Counted from the first letter of the stretch, positions 12,206 to 31,238 are shown. The stretch: 64,000 nucleotides of DNA from Eledone cirrhosa (GCA_964016885.1 OZ024757.1:42284001-42348000); one strand, 5' to 3'. Translations and numbers: made by a program. Notes: generated from the letters alone by a model not told the origin.

Positions 12206-12634
12206 TTCTTTTACTATTTTATTGGTTTTAGCCATTCTGGAGCAGCTTCCCCGGTTACAATCTGATTGACCAATATCGACCCTCTCCCACCACCACACTT
12301 CTTTAGTCTCCTACTTATTCTATCGATCTCTCTGTTGCTGGTCAGAAAGGAACGCAAAATAAACACACAGACTCTGACATACACACTCACAGAGACACAC
12401 ATAGATTCTGACATACTCTCTCTCTCTCATACAGACTCTAACATATCTGGAACTAACTGTTGAAACGGCAAGAGCTCAGCTGTCGGGTCCCAACTCTTTA
12501 TAATATATATGTCATCATCATCACCATTTTATGTACTTGCCTTTCATCCTTACAGAGTCGATAAAATAAAGTACCAGTAATGTACTGAGTAATTGCTGGC
12601 CTTGTGCCAATAGTAGAAACAATTATTACATGCT

Positions 12635-12681
<47 letters not shown>

Positions 12682-13355
12682 GCATGTCAAACCATGTTCA
12701 TGTATATGCATATCCACACACATACAGACACACACACGTCTCCATTTGTTCCGTGCTAAAGAAAGAATTAAAGAATTAAATATGAAATTAGTCCTGTCAT
12801 GTCTTCCTCTAACTTTCCAGTAATTTACGGCCGTGTGTCTGTCGATAAAATCTTCTTTTGATAAATCTTTTGATTTTAATACATCTTGTATCAGTATGAT
12901 ATCACACAGCCCTTTCTTAGGCAAGTTCCTCTGATATTTCAATTCGTCAATCTACTACTACTACTACTACTACAACTGCTGCTACTTGAAACAAAATCTT
13001 TTGAAGTGTGTTGTTACCTCAGGGTGTTTTAAATTGCTTTATTCAATTCTCTGTTGCTTTACTTTGCTATAGTTAACACTACCTCTATTATCACCACCAT
13101 CACCATCACTACCATTATCACCTCCACCACCATCGCTACCATTATCACCTCCTTCACTTTCATTCCAGAAGACTGGGAATATATATATATATAGACACAC
13201 ATATATATATAATTATTATTTAAAACACCACATTCCAGTCAGTGTTATTTCATAACACTGACATATGTTTCTTTGTATGTGTTACATATCAGTCTAGGAT
13301 CGCTAATATTTGATTCCTTCAATCAAATTAAATTGAACCGAACTATATATATATA

Positions 13356-13401
<46 letters not shown>

Positions 13402-13405
<4 letters not shown>

Positions 13406-13605
13406 AAGTATGACCCCGACGGCAGAGCTCAAGCCGTTTCGACGTATTGAGTACTCTGGTGCGTTATGGTTTTAGCCGTCGAAACGGCTTGAGCTCTGCC
13501 GTCGGGGTCATACTTTTTCCTATTACCCACTCTACTACCCTAAGTATTGAGTACTCCGGTACATTATGGTCCATCTGGTTCCTTACCACAATTCCTTTGT
13601 TATAT
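13402..13605 (+). mobile_element. Solo pLTR-like element with 5' inverted duplication (43-bp arms, 13402-13519)
   Basis: Family recurs at 9315-9500, 9580-9698, 12455-12498, 24772-24830, 30672-30720 and 49840-49895; contains GAAACGGC..GCCGTC-GGGG. Confidence 0.7.
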
Positions 13606-14793
13606 ATATATATATATATATATATATCATTGTCATTTTAATATCCTGCTAGCAAGGGTTGGGAGAACTCTTGAGATCACATGACAACTTCTGTTTTGCT
13701 GGTATCATAACAGTGCACTTGGTAGAGTGCAGGAATGTAACACTATCACCATTGTAGGTAAGTGAAACAGATGGTATCACTGTCTGAGGCTATTGTCCCT
13801 CAAATACATAAGATTCTCTTTTTTTATTCTAGCAATATTTTTTTTTCGACATGCCACAGATCACAACTAATTCTCCCCCTCTCCCCTTTTTCTCTCTAAA
13901 TCTAACGTGTTTCTGCCTTTGAAAGAAATCAATATTGTTTCTGATGTAGCATTTTGGTTTGGTACCGTGTTAGTATGTTAGTCTTAATCTTCTCTTGCCT
14001 ATTGCCCATGTCCAAATCAATTAAACTTGATTGGTGAGAGGTGAGAAGTTGTAGCGTTGTAGTAAATCTTGCCTAGACTTGAAACTACACAGGAATGTTA
14101 TTTTTGCAGCGTTTCGTCAAAGCATGTTTCATAAAACTACAACTTTTCATAGTTTTTATTTTTTTATGTTTTTTTATTTTTATTTGATCCTCGTTGTCTT
14201 CAATTTATGATAAATAACGACCTTTTGTTTTTTGTTGTTGCTGTTGCTGTTGTTGCTGTTATGGTTGTTGTTGCTGTTGTTGTTGTTGCTGCTGCTATTG
14301 CTGCTGCTGGGATGAGGAATTTCTGAATATACATGATACAAGGTGTGGATGTTCTTGCTTGCATATATCTTCTTCTTCTTTTTCTTCTTCTTCTACCTTT
14401 TATTTTGGAACCCTAGACACTCCATTGCAGAACCCACTTTGGGAGCCACTGTTGTAGAGAGATACTAACACTAGACAGAGTGTACTGGGTGTATTTTTCA
14501 TGGCACTGGCACTAGAGAGGTTGCTGACCATTGCTTCAATGGAAGTACCCCCTCTACCATATTAGTTAGAGCATTGGGCTTGCAATCGAAAAGTTGTGAG
14601 TTCAATTCTCAGACCAGGTGATGTGTTGTTTCCTTGAGCGAGACACTTTATTTCACGTTGCTCCAGTTTATTCAGCTGTAGAAATGAGATGGTAGGGCTG
14701 GGGTCTCTATCATTAAATTACCCAAGACACCTCCAACGAGATATTCCTTAGAGGAGGCCAGTTAAACCTGCATAGGTGTGAGCTGTCACACAC

Positions 14794-14842
<49 letters not shown>

Positions 14843-15579
14843 CAATATAAGGCCTTGGTTGTAGTCAGAATAAACCAACATTGATTTCTTAATGTTGAAC
14901 ACTTTCAGAACAAATACTAAGCTCTCTCTCTTGCATACAAATTAGTCTTTGGCAACATGACAGAGCTTAATCATTATAATGATAATAAAGATGATGATGA
15001 TGGATCACTTTTACTATCTGGTTTCTTCATCATCACCATAATCGCCATCATCATCAACATCATCACCATAATCATCAGCATAATCGCCATCATCATCATC
15101 ATCATCATCTCCATAATCACCATCATCATCATCACCATCATCACCATAATCGCCATCACCATCATCACCATCACCATAATCAACATCACCATTATCGCCA
15201 TCATCATCATCACCATAATCACTACCACCATAATCACCATCATCATCATTATCCTCCTCCTCATTATTCGTCATTTGATGTCCATTTTCCCTGGAAGGGT
15301 TGGATGAGTCTTCACAGAATGTGTCAGTCAGTACCCAAGCATGACCAGCCAAGCTCATGTATGTTATCCAACCATCTGGCTCAGAATCTGCCCCTGAGTC
15401 TCCTGCCTGTTGGTTTTACCCATAAAATCTGTCCAGCGATTCTTTCCTGTGATTTTTAATTAATTTTGAAAATGATTCAGAATTTGGAGGGATTTACTAA
15501 TATAACAAAATTTTCTCACTATTTAAGCTGGGACATAACATATGTAAATTGTAACATAAAATCATGATGAATGGTTTAA

Positions 15580-15787
15580 CCCTGTAGCATTTACATTACT
15601 TTATATATACTATTGTATTTTTGTGGTAAAGGCTTTATCTCACATGATGTCAAATCTACAAGATTTTGATATTATTTATGTTGAGAACAATACCTTAAAA
15701 TCAGTATGACCAGCCGGTTCTGGTCAGTTTGAACAGAAAGAGGTGAGATAATTCTGGCCAGATATGACTAGTTTAAATGCTAAAGGG
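15580..15787. mobile_element. piggyBac-type MITE family 1 (inverted partial copy at about 15945-16105)
   Basis: TTAA target duplication; same TIRs and body. Confidence 0.85.
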
Positions 15788-16481
15788 TTAAATTTAAATA
15801 TGAACACTTTTAACAAACAGTTTTGTGTCATAAAACCATGGGTGATTTCAAGTAGTTTAGTGGTTTGGAATGGGTTAAAAACCCAGTTGAAAAGCCAGAG
15901 ACCATTGAAGTGTTTAACCCATTGGAATTTAAACTGGCTGTATGCAACAAAAATTCTCTCATCTCTTTCTATTCAAACCGGCTGTAACGAGTTGCTCATA
16001 CTGATATTCTATTGTTCTCAAAATAAATAATATCAAAATCTCATAGATTCGATACTATGCGAAGTAAAGAGTTTACTGTGAAAGTACAATAGTAAATATA
16101 GAGTAATGTGAATAGTAAAGAGTTAAAATACTCCTGACAACTGAGAAAGACAGTGGTTTCATTTCATACACTTTATTAATTGCATTGATAATTTGCCAAT
16201 ACATTACTTTGAAAATGTCTGACATGATGAAACTGAGATCTGGCCAAAAAAAATAAAAAAGAGACACACAAACACAGAGAGAGAGAGAGACATAGCTTAA
16301 TGAAACATCATAAGATAAGGAGGAAGCAGCCTGGTCATTTTATACAGGTGTTAAATGGTGAAATTGAGAGACAGAGTTAACTGTTTCAATATTTATATCG
16401 AACACCTCAATCATAGCATCTTCAAAACTGCTGAACAAAAGATTCACTTGAAAAGAAATGGAACATAATAATAATAATAAT

Positions 16482-16701
16482 AATGGTTTCTTACATAGGC
16501 ACAAGGCCAGCAATTTTGGGGGAGGAGAAAGTCGATTAAATCGACCCCAGTGCGTGACCGGTACTTTATTTTATCGACCCCATAAGGATGAAAGGCAAAG
16601 CTAACCTCGGCGGGAGTTGAACTGAAAAGGTAAAGGGACGTAACTTTATGCTGCATAGCATATTGTCCGACGCTCTACCGATTCTACAAATCCACAGCCC
16701 T
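16482..16701 (-). mobile_element. SINE family A, full length
   Basis: Match to family consensus; (ATT)n tail. Confidence 0.88.
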
Positions 16702-16960
16702 AAAAAAAAATAAGAATTTATAGATAATAATTAAAACACAACTTGCAGCAAAATCGTAGTAAAATATGTGAGATTGGCCATGTGGGAAAATGGAGTGAAA
16801 TTCTTCTGAATGTTGTCAAGTTTAACCTTAATCTTTAGCACGCTGAAGTTTTTATGAATTGCTTCCCTTGACACACTGAATTAAGGGAAGGTTACTCTAT
16901 CGGTGACATAAGGTGTCTTGAGTACCCAGAAAGTTAATCAATATATATATATATGTGTGC

Positions 16961-17004
<44 letters not shown>

Positions 17005-17005
17005 A

Positions 17006-17130
<125 letters not shown>

Positions 17131-17504
17131 GTAAGGATAATGGTGTGTATTCTGCAATGACCTATTCCCGCCCATTCTGCTAAGTTCTGATGATGAGGTC
17201 AGATATATGTGTGTGTGTGTATATATATATATGTGTTCGTTAGAGAGGTAGAACACTGGAAGGTAATAATATCCGTAGTGGTAGAGCACTCAGTTCATGT
17301 TTGTTATATATATATATGTTTGTTATATAAAAAGTGTTGGCATTAATTAATCTTGATTAGATTACAAACATACTTTCAAATTCTTTTCTATACGAAGCCG
17401 TATTTTGTTTTAGTCATAAAAATAACCACAGTGACATTCTTGTTCCTCTCTCAAGTTTTCTCTCTCGCAGAGCTTAACAAAATGTCACATTTGTTCATGT
17501 TTAA

Positions 17505-17724
17505 CTCTTAACCTCCTGTACTGCATGAAACCACATTTTCAAGATATTCTTAAAAAGTATATTATAGTAATATGGATGCCTTACATTTTAAAATTAATGT
17601 CTTTATTCTAATATTGCAAATTCCAACAATGATCTCATGTCCATTTGTAAAGATACTATAAACATTTGAGTTAACAAACCTGTTTTCAGATATTTTCTGC
17701 TTAATTATTACAGGATGTTAAGAG
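17505..17724. mobile_element. TTAA-flanked MITE family 2
   Basis: TTAA-CTCTTAACCTCCTGTA ... TACAGGATGTTAAGAG-TTAA. Confidence 0.7.
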
Positions 17725-18544
17725 TTAATACTGCAAATTTTCACAACAATGAAAGATGTGTCCATTTGTAAAGACACCATAATCATTTGAATTAACAAAC
17801 CCATTTTAACCCTTTATAATTTATATTACTCTATATTTACTATTGTATTTTCATAGTAAACACTTTATTTCACATAATATCGAATTTATGATATTTTGAT
17901 ATTATTTATTTTGAGAACAATACCTTAACATAAGTATGAGCAGCCAGTTATGGCCGGTTTGAACAGAAAGAGGTGAGAGAATTCTGGCTGCACACACACA
18001 CAAAGAAAAAAGTGGAAAAGCAAATGCTTAAAAGAAAATTAGCTTTATGTAAAGTTTGAAGAACTTATATAATAAGTAATATATAATAAATTAGCAGAGA
18101 CAAATTGTTTCAGGAATGGTTATGGCTGATAGGGAAATGTGCCAATCATTAGATCAGATTAAGGAATTCAGGTTTCCACTGGTCTTCCCATTGCTGATAG
18201 TATCTCTGATCTCTATCTACTGATCTTGACTTCTGGTAGGAGGTGGAATTTGAACTCAGAATATAAACTGAGTCAGAACAGGTACCACAAAGTATCCAAC
18301 CTTTCAGAAACCTTTTTAAATATTCCACAAATCCACAAATTGGTGGACTGGAATTTTATTTATCACCACCTCACTATGGGCATGTGGTTAGAATGTCACG
18401 GGAAAGAATGTGTAGCTCGGGGATCAGAGATTCACTCCAGGTAGAGCCACTACTTCTTTGAATTGAGAGATCACAGCTCCGATACTATGGGGCATGAAGT
18501 TAGAATGTCTCAGGAAAGAATCACTGGACAAATTTTACTTGCAA

Positions 18545-18740
18545 AACCAACCAGCAGGAGACCCAGGTGTAAACCCTGAGCAAGATCGTTGGATAACATC
18601 CATGAGCTAGGCTGGTCTCACTTGGGGAATCCAAGCAGATCAGTTGGAGACAGTTGCTTCTGACAACCTACTGGAAGGAGTGTTTGAGGACTCTTCCCTC
18701 ATGAGCCCCTCAAGAATAAGTGGGAGGAGAAGAAGACGAA
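18545..18740 (+). mobile_element. RTE-type LINE 3' fragment family (also about 6120-6200, 57295-57435 and 15340-15415 -)
   Basis: Recurrent CAGTTGGAGAYRGTTGCTTCTGACA..GTGTTTGAGGACTCT motif, ending in GAA repeats. Confidence 0.5.
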
Positions 18741-19038
18741 TAAAATCACCCCGCATCCTCCTCCCCTAAAAAAAAAAGAGGATGAAAGATAAAGCCCAAT
18801 TCTGGCAGGATATGAACTCATAGCACAGTATGTGAGGAGGGACAAATACTGAAGAATTTAATCTGGTCCCTTTAAGAACTCTGCTAATACATTGTTACTA
18901 AACATCGACTCCCTGCAAATATCTCAAATTTATGTTTTTTTTTTTTTTTTTGTTTTAATTTTTTCTCAAAAGTTTAAAGATTATTAAAAATAATTCCGGA
19001 AAAAAAAACAAGAAAATAATAATAATGATAATAATAAT

Positions 19039-19255
19039 AATTTCTACTATAGGCACAAGGCCAGCAATTTCGAGGGAAGGGAAAGAAGATTACATCGACC
19101 CCAGTGTATTACTGGTACTTTATTTTATCGACCCCGTAAGGATGAAAGGCAAAGCTAACCTCGGCGGCATTTGGACTCAGATCGTAAAGGGCCATAACTC
19201 TCTGCAACAAAGCATGTTGTCCGATACTCTACCGATTCTGCCAATCCACCGCCCT
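19039..19255 (-). mobile_element. SINE family A, full length
   Basis: Match to family consensus; flanked by (AAT)n on both sides. Confidence 0.88.
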
Positions 19256-19273
19256 AATAATAATAATAACAAC

Positions 19274-19307
<34 letters not shown>

Positions 19308-19652
19308 GGAAAATTTAAAATATATAAATATCGATAAAAAGAAAACAACAACAATGGTGGATGTTTTGTTTGTTGCTGTTGTTGTTGTTGTTGTTGTTTA
19401 GTTTTTGGTAGTGGGATTAGAGTAATAATTGTTTGATTTGTTGGCCACAAGGGCCAGAGGTTAGAGAAATGTTATGCAAGCAATGACTGACCCATACTAA
19501 CTTGATTATACTCTATAGGAAAGTAGCAATAGTAGACAATAGTCAATGAATAGGGCAGTATGTATGTGTGGCTATATATATATATATATATATATACATA
19601 CACACACATATACATACATATATATATAGACATACATACAGATATATAAATC

Positions 19653-20872
19653 ATGGAATAGCTTAGATAGGGCTAGACATAAGATAGGGAAGGCCACATC
19701 ATGGTACGACAACCAGAGATATCAGAGTGTCATGTTTGTGGACGCCACCCCTGGAGGGAAATTAGCTAACCAGTGTAGAAAGGCCCTGAGAAAGACCCAC
19801 TTAAAAATAAAGGTGGTAGAAAAGCCAAGAACCACCATAAAATCCCTGATCAGCAAAACCTACCCTTTTAAGAAAACCCACTGTACCAATAGGAAATGTA
19901 TCATATGTAAGGTGAACCCCCGGATAAACTGTAAAACTAGAAACGTAGTCTATAGCATAAGATGTACAGAGGGTACTTGCAGAAACATGACAACAACATA
20001 AATAGGCGAGACAGCTCGTAGCATAGGTGAAAGGATAGACCAACACTGGGGGGAACTAAAAGGACGAAAAAACGGGTCAGTACTATACGAACATGCTAGA
20101 CAACAACATGACGGTAACATAGACAACATAGAAATTAGAATAATATCTAAACATAGGAATGACCCAGCAGATAGGCAAATCAGAGAGGCCAGTGAAATAG
20201 AAATTAGAAGACCAAAGCTAAACAGAAAGAATGAGTGGAACAACAACAACACCCAAACAAACAACACTGACCTAAGAGAAGTATAAATAAGTAAATAAAA
20301 TAAAATAAAATAAAAGAAAATAAGATAAATAAATACATACAGAAGCACAATAACAACAAGCACATAAACACACACTAGTCACCCAACAGACACAACACTA
20401 TACACACTAGTCACACAGCACACATAACACTATACACACACGCAAACGCATGCGCAAAGAAGACAAAATAAAATAAACAAACAAGCAAATAAATAAATAA
20501 ATATATAGACAGACTGAATAAAAAATGGCATAGACATACAACACAACAGGAGGAAATATAACACCACTGACGATGTTGCAGATGTGCAACGAAAGATTTA
20601 TGTAAATTATGTAAACTATATATATATGTGTTTGTGTCTATATTGTATCTGTATTATTTTTGACCGTCGGTCAGTCAATGGCAACATTGAGGACCGAGTA
20701 AGTTAGATCGCAGATATAAAAGACAGCGAGAAGCGAAAACCAACCAAACAGTGAGTGTGTTCTGTTATTAATTCTGGCAATATTACGCAAATATGACCCT
20801 CCCCAAGTATAACAATATCTGTTTCGACACACGATTTCATATAAAAAACCTCGCTAAACTAATTCATTGCCG
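19653..20872 (+). mobile_element. Penelope-like element 3' remnant (GIY-YIG endonuclease + pseudo-LTR)
   Basis: SVMFVDATPGGKL, CxxxxCxxC linker, NVVYSIRC...[Y->stop]IGETARSIGERIDQH...RQIREA...PKLN; stop at 20284-20286; downstream pLTR recurs at 52580 and 58143-58605. Confidence 0.88.
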
Positions 20873-20907
<35 letters not shown>

Positions 20908-20974
20908 TATACATATACATATATATATATATACATACATCTATATACATACATATATATGTAAAAAATTCATA

Positions 20975-21052
<78 letters not shown>

Positions 21053-21063
21053 CATATATATAC

Positions 21064-21102
<39 letters not shown>

Positions 21103-21239
21103 CATATATATATATACATACATATATATATATACATATATATATATACATATATATATATACATACATATATACATATATATATACATACATATATATA
21201 TATACATATATATATATACATACATATATACATATATAT

Positions 21240-21292
<53 letters not shown>

Positions 21293-21381
21293 CATATATC
21301 TATATATACATACATATATATATATATATACATACAAATATATATATACATATATATATAGATAGATATATATATATATAT

Positions 21382-21453
<72 letters not shown>

Positions 21454-21599
21454 GTACATAAATTTTGAGTATATGTTGGTTGTTTACCGAGACCTCAGTA
21501 TGCAGATTGGAGCACTCGACGAAGTGCGAAGGTTACTCCGGAGTAATGTAAAATAATTAAGTCAAACATTTAAAATTTGGCTTCGTTTATTAAAGATGT

Positions 21600-21654
21600 A
21601 CTGTTATATATATTTCGGTGACAGCCACCATTGGCTGTGACCTCTTCAGACAGT
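21600..21654 (-). ncRNA. Minimal type I hammerhead ribozyme, complete core
   Basis: ACUGU-CUGAAGA-GGUCACAGCCA-augg-UGGCUGUCACC-GAAA-uauaua-UA^ACAGU: 5-bp stem I, long stem II, palindromic stem III. Confidence 0.8.
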
Positions 21655-21771
21655 CAGTATTGGTGTGGTAGAGACAGGTACACATGTTGTTGAAGTGTTT
21701 TACTCAGTCAATACTCTGATATGTCCAGCTCCTGGTTGGGTTGTTATTTCTCTGAGGAACTGGAATCATAT

Positions 21772-21844
<73 letters not shown>

Positions 21845-21893
21845 CATATATATATATATACATACATATATATATATATACATACATATATAT

Positions 21894-21924
<31 letters not shown>

Positions 21925-22247
21925 CATACATACATATATATATACATACATACATATATATATACATATATATATACATACATACATACATATATATATA
22001 CATATATATATACATACATACATATATATATACATATGTATGTATGTATATATATACATACATATATATATATATACATACATATATATATACATACATA
22101 CATATATACATACATACATATATATATACATACGTATGTATGTATATATATACATACATACATATATATATACATACATACATACATATATATATATATA
22201 TACATATATATATACATACATATATATATATATACATACATATATGT

Positions 22248-23762
22248 GCAAACCTTCTATCCCAGTCTGTTGTCCCAGTTTTCAAAAAAGGAAACAAATC
22301 CCTTGCCGTGAATTACCGTCCAATCTCACTCACCTCTCATATCATTAAGGTATTCGAGAGAGTGATGAGATCGCGAATGACCCACTTCCTTGAGAGTAAC
22401 AATATGCTGAACTCCAACCAGCATGGATTCCATAATGGAAGGGATTGCCTGACGCAGCTACTGCATCACTTTGATGACATTTTGAGAGCCTTGGGAGAGG
22501 GTTCCAACACTGATGTTATCTACCTTGATTTCAGCAAGGCCTTTGACAGGGTTGATCACAACATTCTACTGAGAAAACTGTCCAATATTGGTGTCACTGG
22601 AAAGCTACTGCAGTGGATCAAGAGCTTCCTGTCAAACAGAACCCAACATGTTGTAGTTGAAGGAGTCAAATCCAGCCCAGCCAAAGTCAGTAGTGGGGTC
22701 CCACAAGGCACTGTGTTGGGCCCACTTCTCTTCATCATCTATATTAATGACATCACTGACATCATCAAACACAGCAACATTAAAATTTTCGCTGATGATT
22801 CCAAGCTCCAAAAGGTTATCAATGGCGTGGATGACCGGATAAGCCTTCAGTCAGACCTACTGGCTGTTACCCAATGGGCGGAAAAGAACAACATGTTACT
22901 GAACGAAGACAAATTCGAACTGATCCACTTTGGAAAAGAGGATGCTCTGAAACTCCCGTACTCACTTCCCTCCGGTAAAACTCTCGTGGCATCTAACAAC
23001 ATCAGAGACTTGGGAGTAACCGTGGACAGCAACATAAGCTGGGCCACGCATATAAGCAGCAAAGTTGACATGGCCCGTAGAATGTGTTCCTGGATCCTCA
23101 GAACCTTCCAGTCGAGAGATTCCCACACCATTATCCTTCTCTTCTCTACTTTTGCCCGACCACACCTTGAATACTGTTGTCCACTGTGGTCTCCCCACAC
23201 GAAACAAAGTATCATGAAACTTGAAGTTCCTCAAAGGGCAATCACGAAAAAGATAGATGGCATCTCAGACCTTGACTACTGGGGTCGACTAGAAAAGCTG
23301 AAACTTTACTCACTCCAACGTCGCCGTGAGCGTTATATTATCTGCATGATGTGGAAAATGTTTCATCATCACTGCCCAAATGATGTTGGCATCACCTTCA
23401 AAATACACCCAAGGCTTGGGCCCCGTGCTATCCGTCCCAAACAAAAATCTAAATCGCAACTCATAACAACAATACGGCACAATTATTTCACCTCAATTGG
23501 CCCTGCTCTCTTCAACATCACACCAGGACACGTCAAAAAAGAAACTGACCACACAAAATTCAAGAAGTCTTTGGACAAATTCCTCCAAGTAATCCCGGAC
23601 AAACCACCCACACCCGGATATGTCTCCGCAAACAGTAATTCTCTTCTCGAATGGGCCATGGTGCCCAAATCCTGAATTGAAAGACTTCGCCAGGTGGTGC
23701 TATTAAGTTAGACATGGCCTGGGCCAATACTGGCCAAAACATTTCAAAGTTATTCAAAGTTA
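22248..23762 (+). mobile_element. 5'-truncated CR1-group LINE; uninterrupted RT-to-C-terminus frame 22248-23675
   Basis: [40 protein letters not shown] and RDLGV motifs; no APE domain; short 3'UTR ending in tandem TTCAAAGTTA; flanked by TA/TACA microsatellite. Confidence 0.93.
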
Positions 23763-23771
23763 TATATATAC

Positions 23772-23806
<35 letters not shown>

Positions 23807-23866
23807 CATACATACATACATATATACATATACATATATATATATAGATACATATATATACATACA

Positions 23867-23897
<31 letters not shown>

Positions 23898-23923
23898 ACA
23901 CATACATACATACATACACATAC

Positions 23924-23983
<60 letters not shown>

Positions 23984-23984
23984 G

Positions 23985-24250
23985 TGAAAGTGCATGGCTT
24001 AGTGGTTAGAGCAGTAGGCTTGCAATCGAAAGGTTGTGAGTTCAATTCTCCTTGAGCAAGACACTTAATTTCACGTTGGTCCGGTTTACTCAGCTGGAAA
24101 TGAGTACCAGTAATAGCTGGAGGTTTAACCCTGCGATGGACTGGCGTCCTGTCCAGGGGGGAGTCTTGTACTCTCAGTCGCTTCACGCCATGAAACTGGG
24201 ATAAGCACCGGCCAAATGAGTCTTCTGGCTTAAGACAGACTTTAGACTTA
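23985..24250 (+). mobile_element. tRNA-derived SINE family B (related copies at about 14560-14690 + and 49990-50290 -)
   Basis: A-box TGGCTTAGTGG, B-box GAGTTCAATTC, CCTTGAGCAAGACACTTAA, and V-SINE-like CCCTGCGATGGACTGGCGTCCTGTCCAGGG. Confidence 0.75.
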
Positions 24251-24622
24251 CAGCCTACCCGCCCAGCCAGTGGGATGGCGTCATCGTATGGCTAAAACAG
24301 CACGTGCTGTGACTGGTCGGTCAAGGTGATATATACATACATATACATATATATACATATATACATATATATATACATATATACATACATATATACATAT
24401 ATATATACATATATACATACATATATATACATATATACATATATATATACATACATATATATATATATACATATACATAAATGTATATATATATACATAT
24501 ACATAAATGTATATATATATACATATACATAAATGTATATATATATATACATAAATGTATATATATATATACATATATATATACATACATACATATATAT
24601 ATACATATATATATATACATAC

Positions 24623-24673
<51 letters not shown>

Positions 24674-24837
24674 CATACATATATATATATATACATATCT
24701 ATATATATACATATATATATATGTATATATATATTTAAAATGTATGTATATATATATATATACATACATACATTTTCCTATTACCCACTCTACTACCCTA
24801 AGTATTGAGTACTCTGGTTCCTTACCACACCACCTTC

Positions 24838-24887
<50 letters not shown>

Positions 24888-25485
24888 GCCACTGTAGTTA
24901 GTGGAGTACATTTGCAAAATAGGACTTTGCCAGGAAAAAACTAAATGCTACTTCTGGTGGGAATGGGTGAGGGGAAACCTGGGGTCTCAGGGACCTGTAT
25001 GTAGAACCTTATACACACTTTATCAAAATATTTACAAAATTTGTCACAATATTGAGCAACCCTCTAATTTCATTGATGAATGTAACCAACCACAGAAGAA
25101 TGTATCTAAGGGAGACCACTGATGAAGAACACATCGGAAGAGAGAGAGGGGGGGGGGTCTGTTAATAGTGAATTAGCATTCATTTTGTTGTTTAAATTTA
25201 AAGATACATCTATACATATACACATAAATACATTCGTATACGTACATACATTCATATACATAAATACATACATATACATAAGTTACTGTTTTTTGCTACA
25301 TATGTACATACATACTTATATATTCCATATATTTTGTGTAGATGTTTGTTAAAGTTAATTGTAAATCTATACATATACACATATGTATACATACATTCAG
25401 AAATAAATGGTTCTAATCACTTTTCGTTTGTTGTTGTTGCTGTTGTTGTTTCAATTTTGATGTACATATATATATATGCCTGTGC

Positions 25486-25520
<35 letters not shown>

Positions 25521-25552
25521 TTAGATAAATATATAGATATATATTAATATAT

Positions 25553-25591
<39 letters not shown>

Positions 25592-25598
25592 TATACAT

Positions 25599-25662
<64 letters not shown>

Positions 25663-25722
25663 GTGGAACACTGGAAGGTAATATCCGTAGTGGTAGAACA
25701 CTCAGTCCAAGGGACGAGTAAG

Positions 25723-25806
25723 ATAGAAGTGGTTACACAACAGTTAGTTCACCATACCGAGAACAATTGTTGTATGGTGAACTAACTGTTGTGTAACCAC
25801 TTCTAT
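25723..25806. repeat. Palindrome, 35-bp arms, 14-nt spacer
   Basis: 25723-25757 versus 25772-25806; the adjacent 25660-25708 segment recurs near 17247-17297. Confidence 0.9.
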
Positions 25807-25927
25807 ATATATATATATAGATATATATATGTTGATATGCAAGCAGGGAAAAGCTGACGTAAAATGAAATGGATACATGCACATATATATATATATGTAC
25901 ATATATCTGTATATACACATATGTATG

Positions 25928-25991
<64 letters not shown>

Positions 25992-26774
25992 AACTTATTT
26001 ACTCTTTTACCTGTTTCAGCCATCTGGCTGAGCCCATGCTGGGTCACCGCCCATGTTGCTACAGGTTCTATATCCAGCCTGCGTTGGCTGCCCATTGATG
26101 TAGAGTAGAGTTCATGGCTCCTGCTCTGAAGTTTCCCGCTGTGCGTTCATCTGGGTTCCTGGATAACAAAGTGTCAAGATGTTTCCTGAAAACATACACA
26201 TCCACACCATGCAGATCTCCCTAAATTCCTTGGCAGCTTATTAAACATGAAAATATATATATATATGTGTGTGTGTATATATATATATGTATAGACACAA
26301 ATATATTTATATAATATATATATATATTTGTCTATATATATATATATTCATATATATATATATATTCATCTATATATATATTCATATATATAGTCATGTA
26401 TATATATATGTATTCATGTATATAGTCATGTATATATATATATGTATTCATGTATATATATATATATATACATAGTCGTATATATATGTATATACACTCG
26501 TATATATATATATATATATACGAGTATATATATATATATACGAGTATATATATGTAATATATATATATATATATATATATTCATATATATATATGTATGT
26601 TCATCAGTTCAGCTTCCTGTTATCTTATAATAATTAACTCCGTACTTGCACCACCAACTAAACAAACGAAGACGGGTGAGTTGCATTTCATTGAGTGCTC
26701 TCCATAATTTTACATCGAGGTTGACCATACGGAATGACCAGGTCTATGCAGTTGCAAACCAACAAATCTAAATA

Positions 26775-31238
<4,464 letters not shown>

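Noticed and set aside
15014-15358. Acidic GDY/Asp-rich ORF
   Set aside because: A degenerate (CAT/CAC)n repeat open in several frames, adjoining a LINE fragment, with no supported exon chain.
25115-25145. CTGATGA motif as a hammerhead
   Set aside because: No stem II-GAAA arrangement follows.
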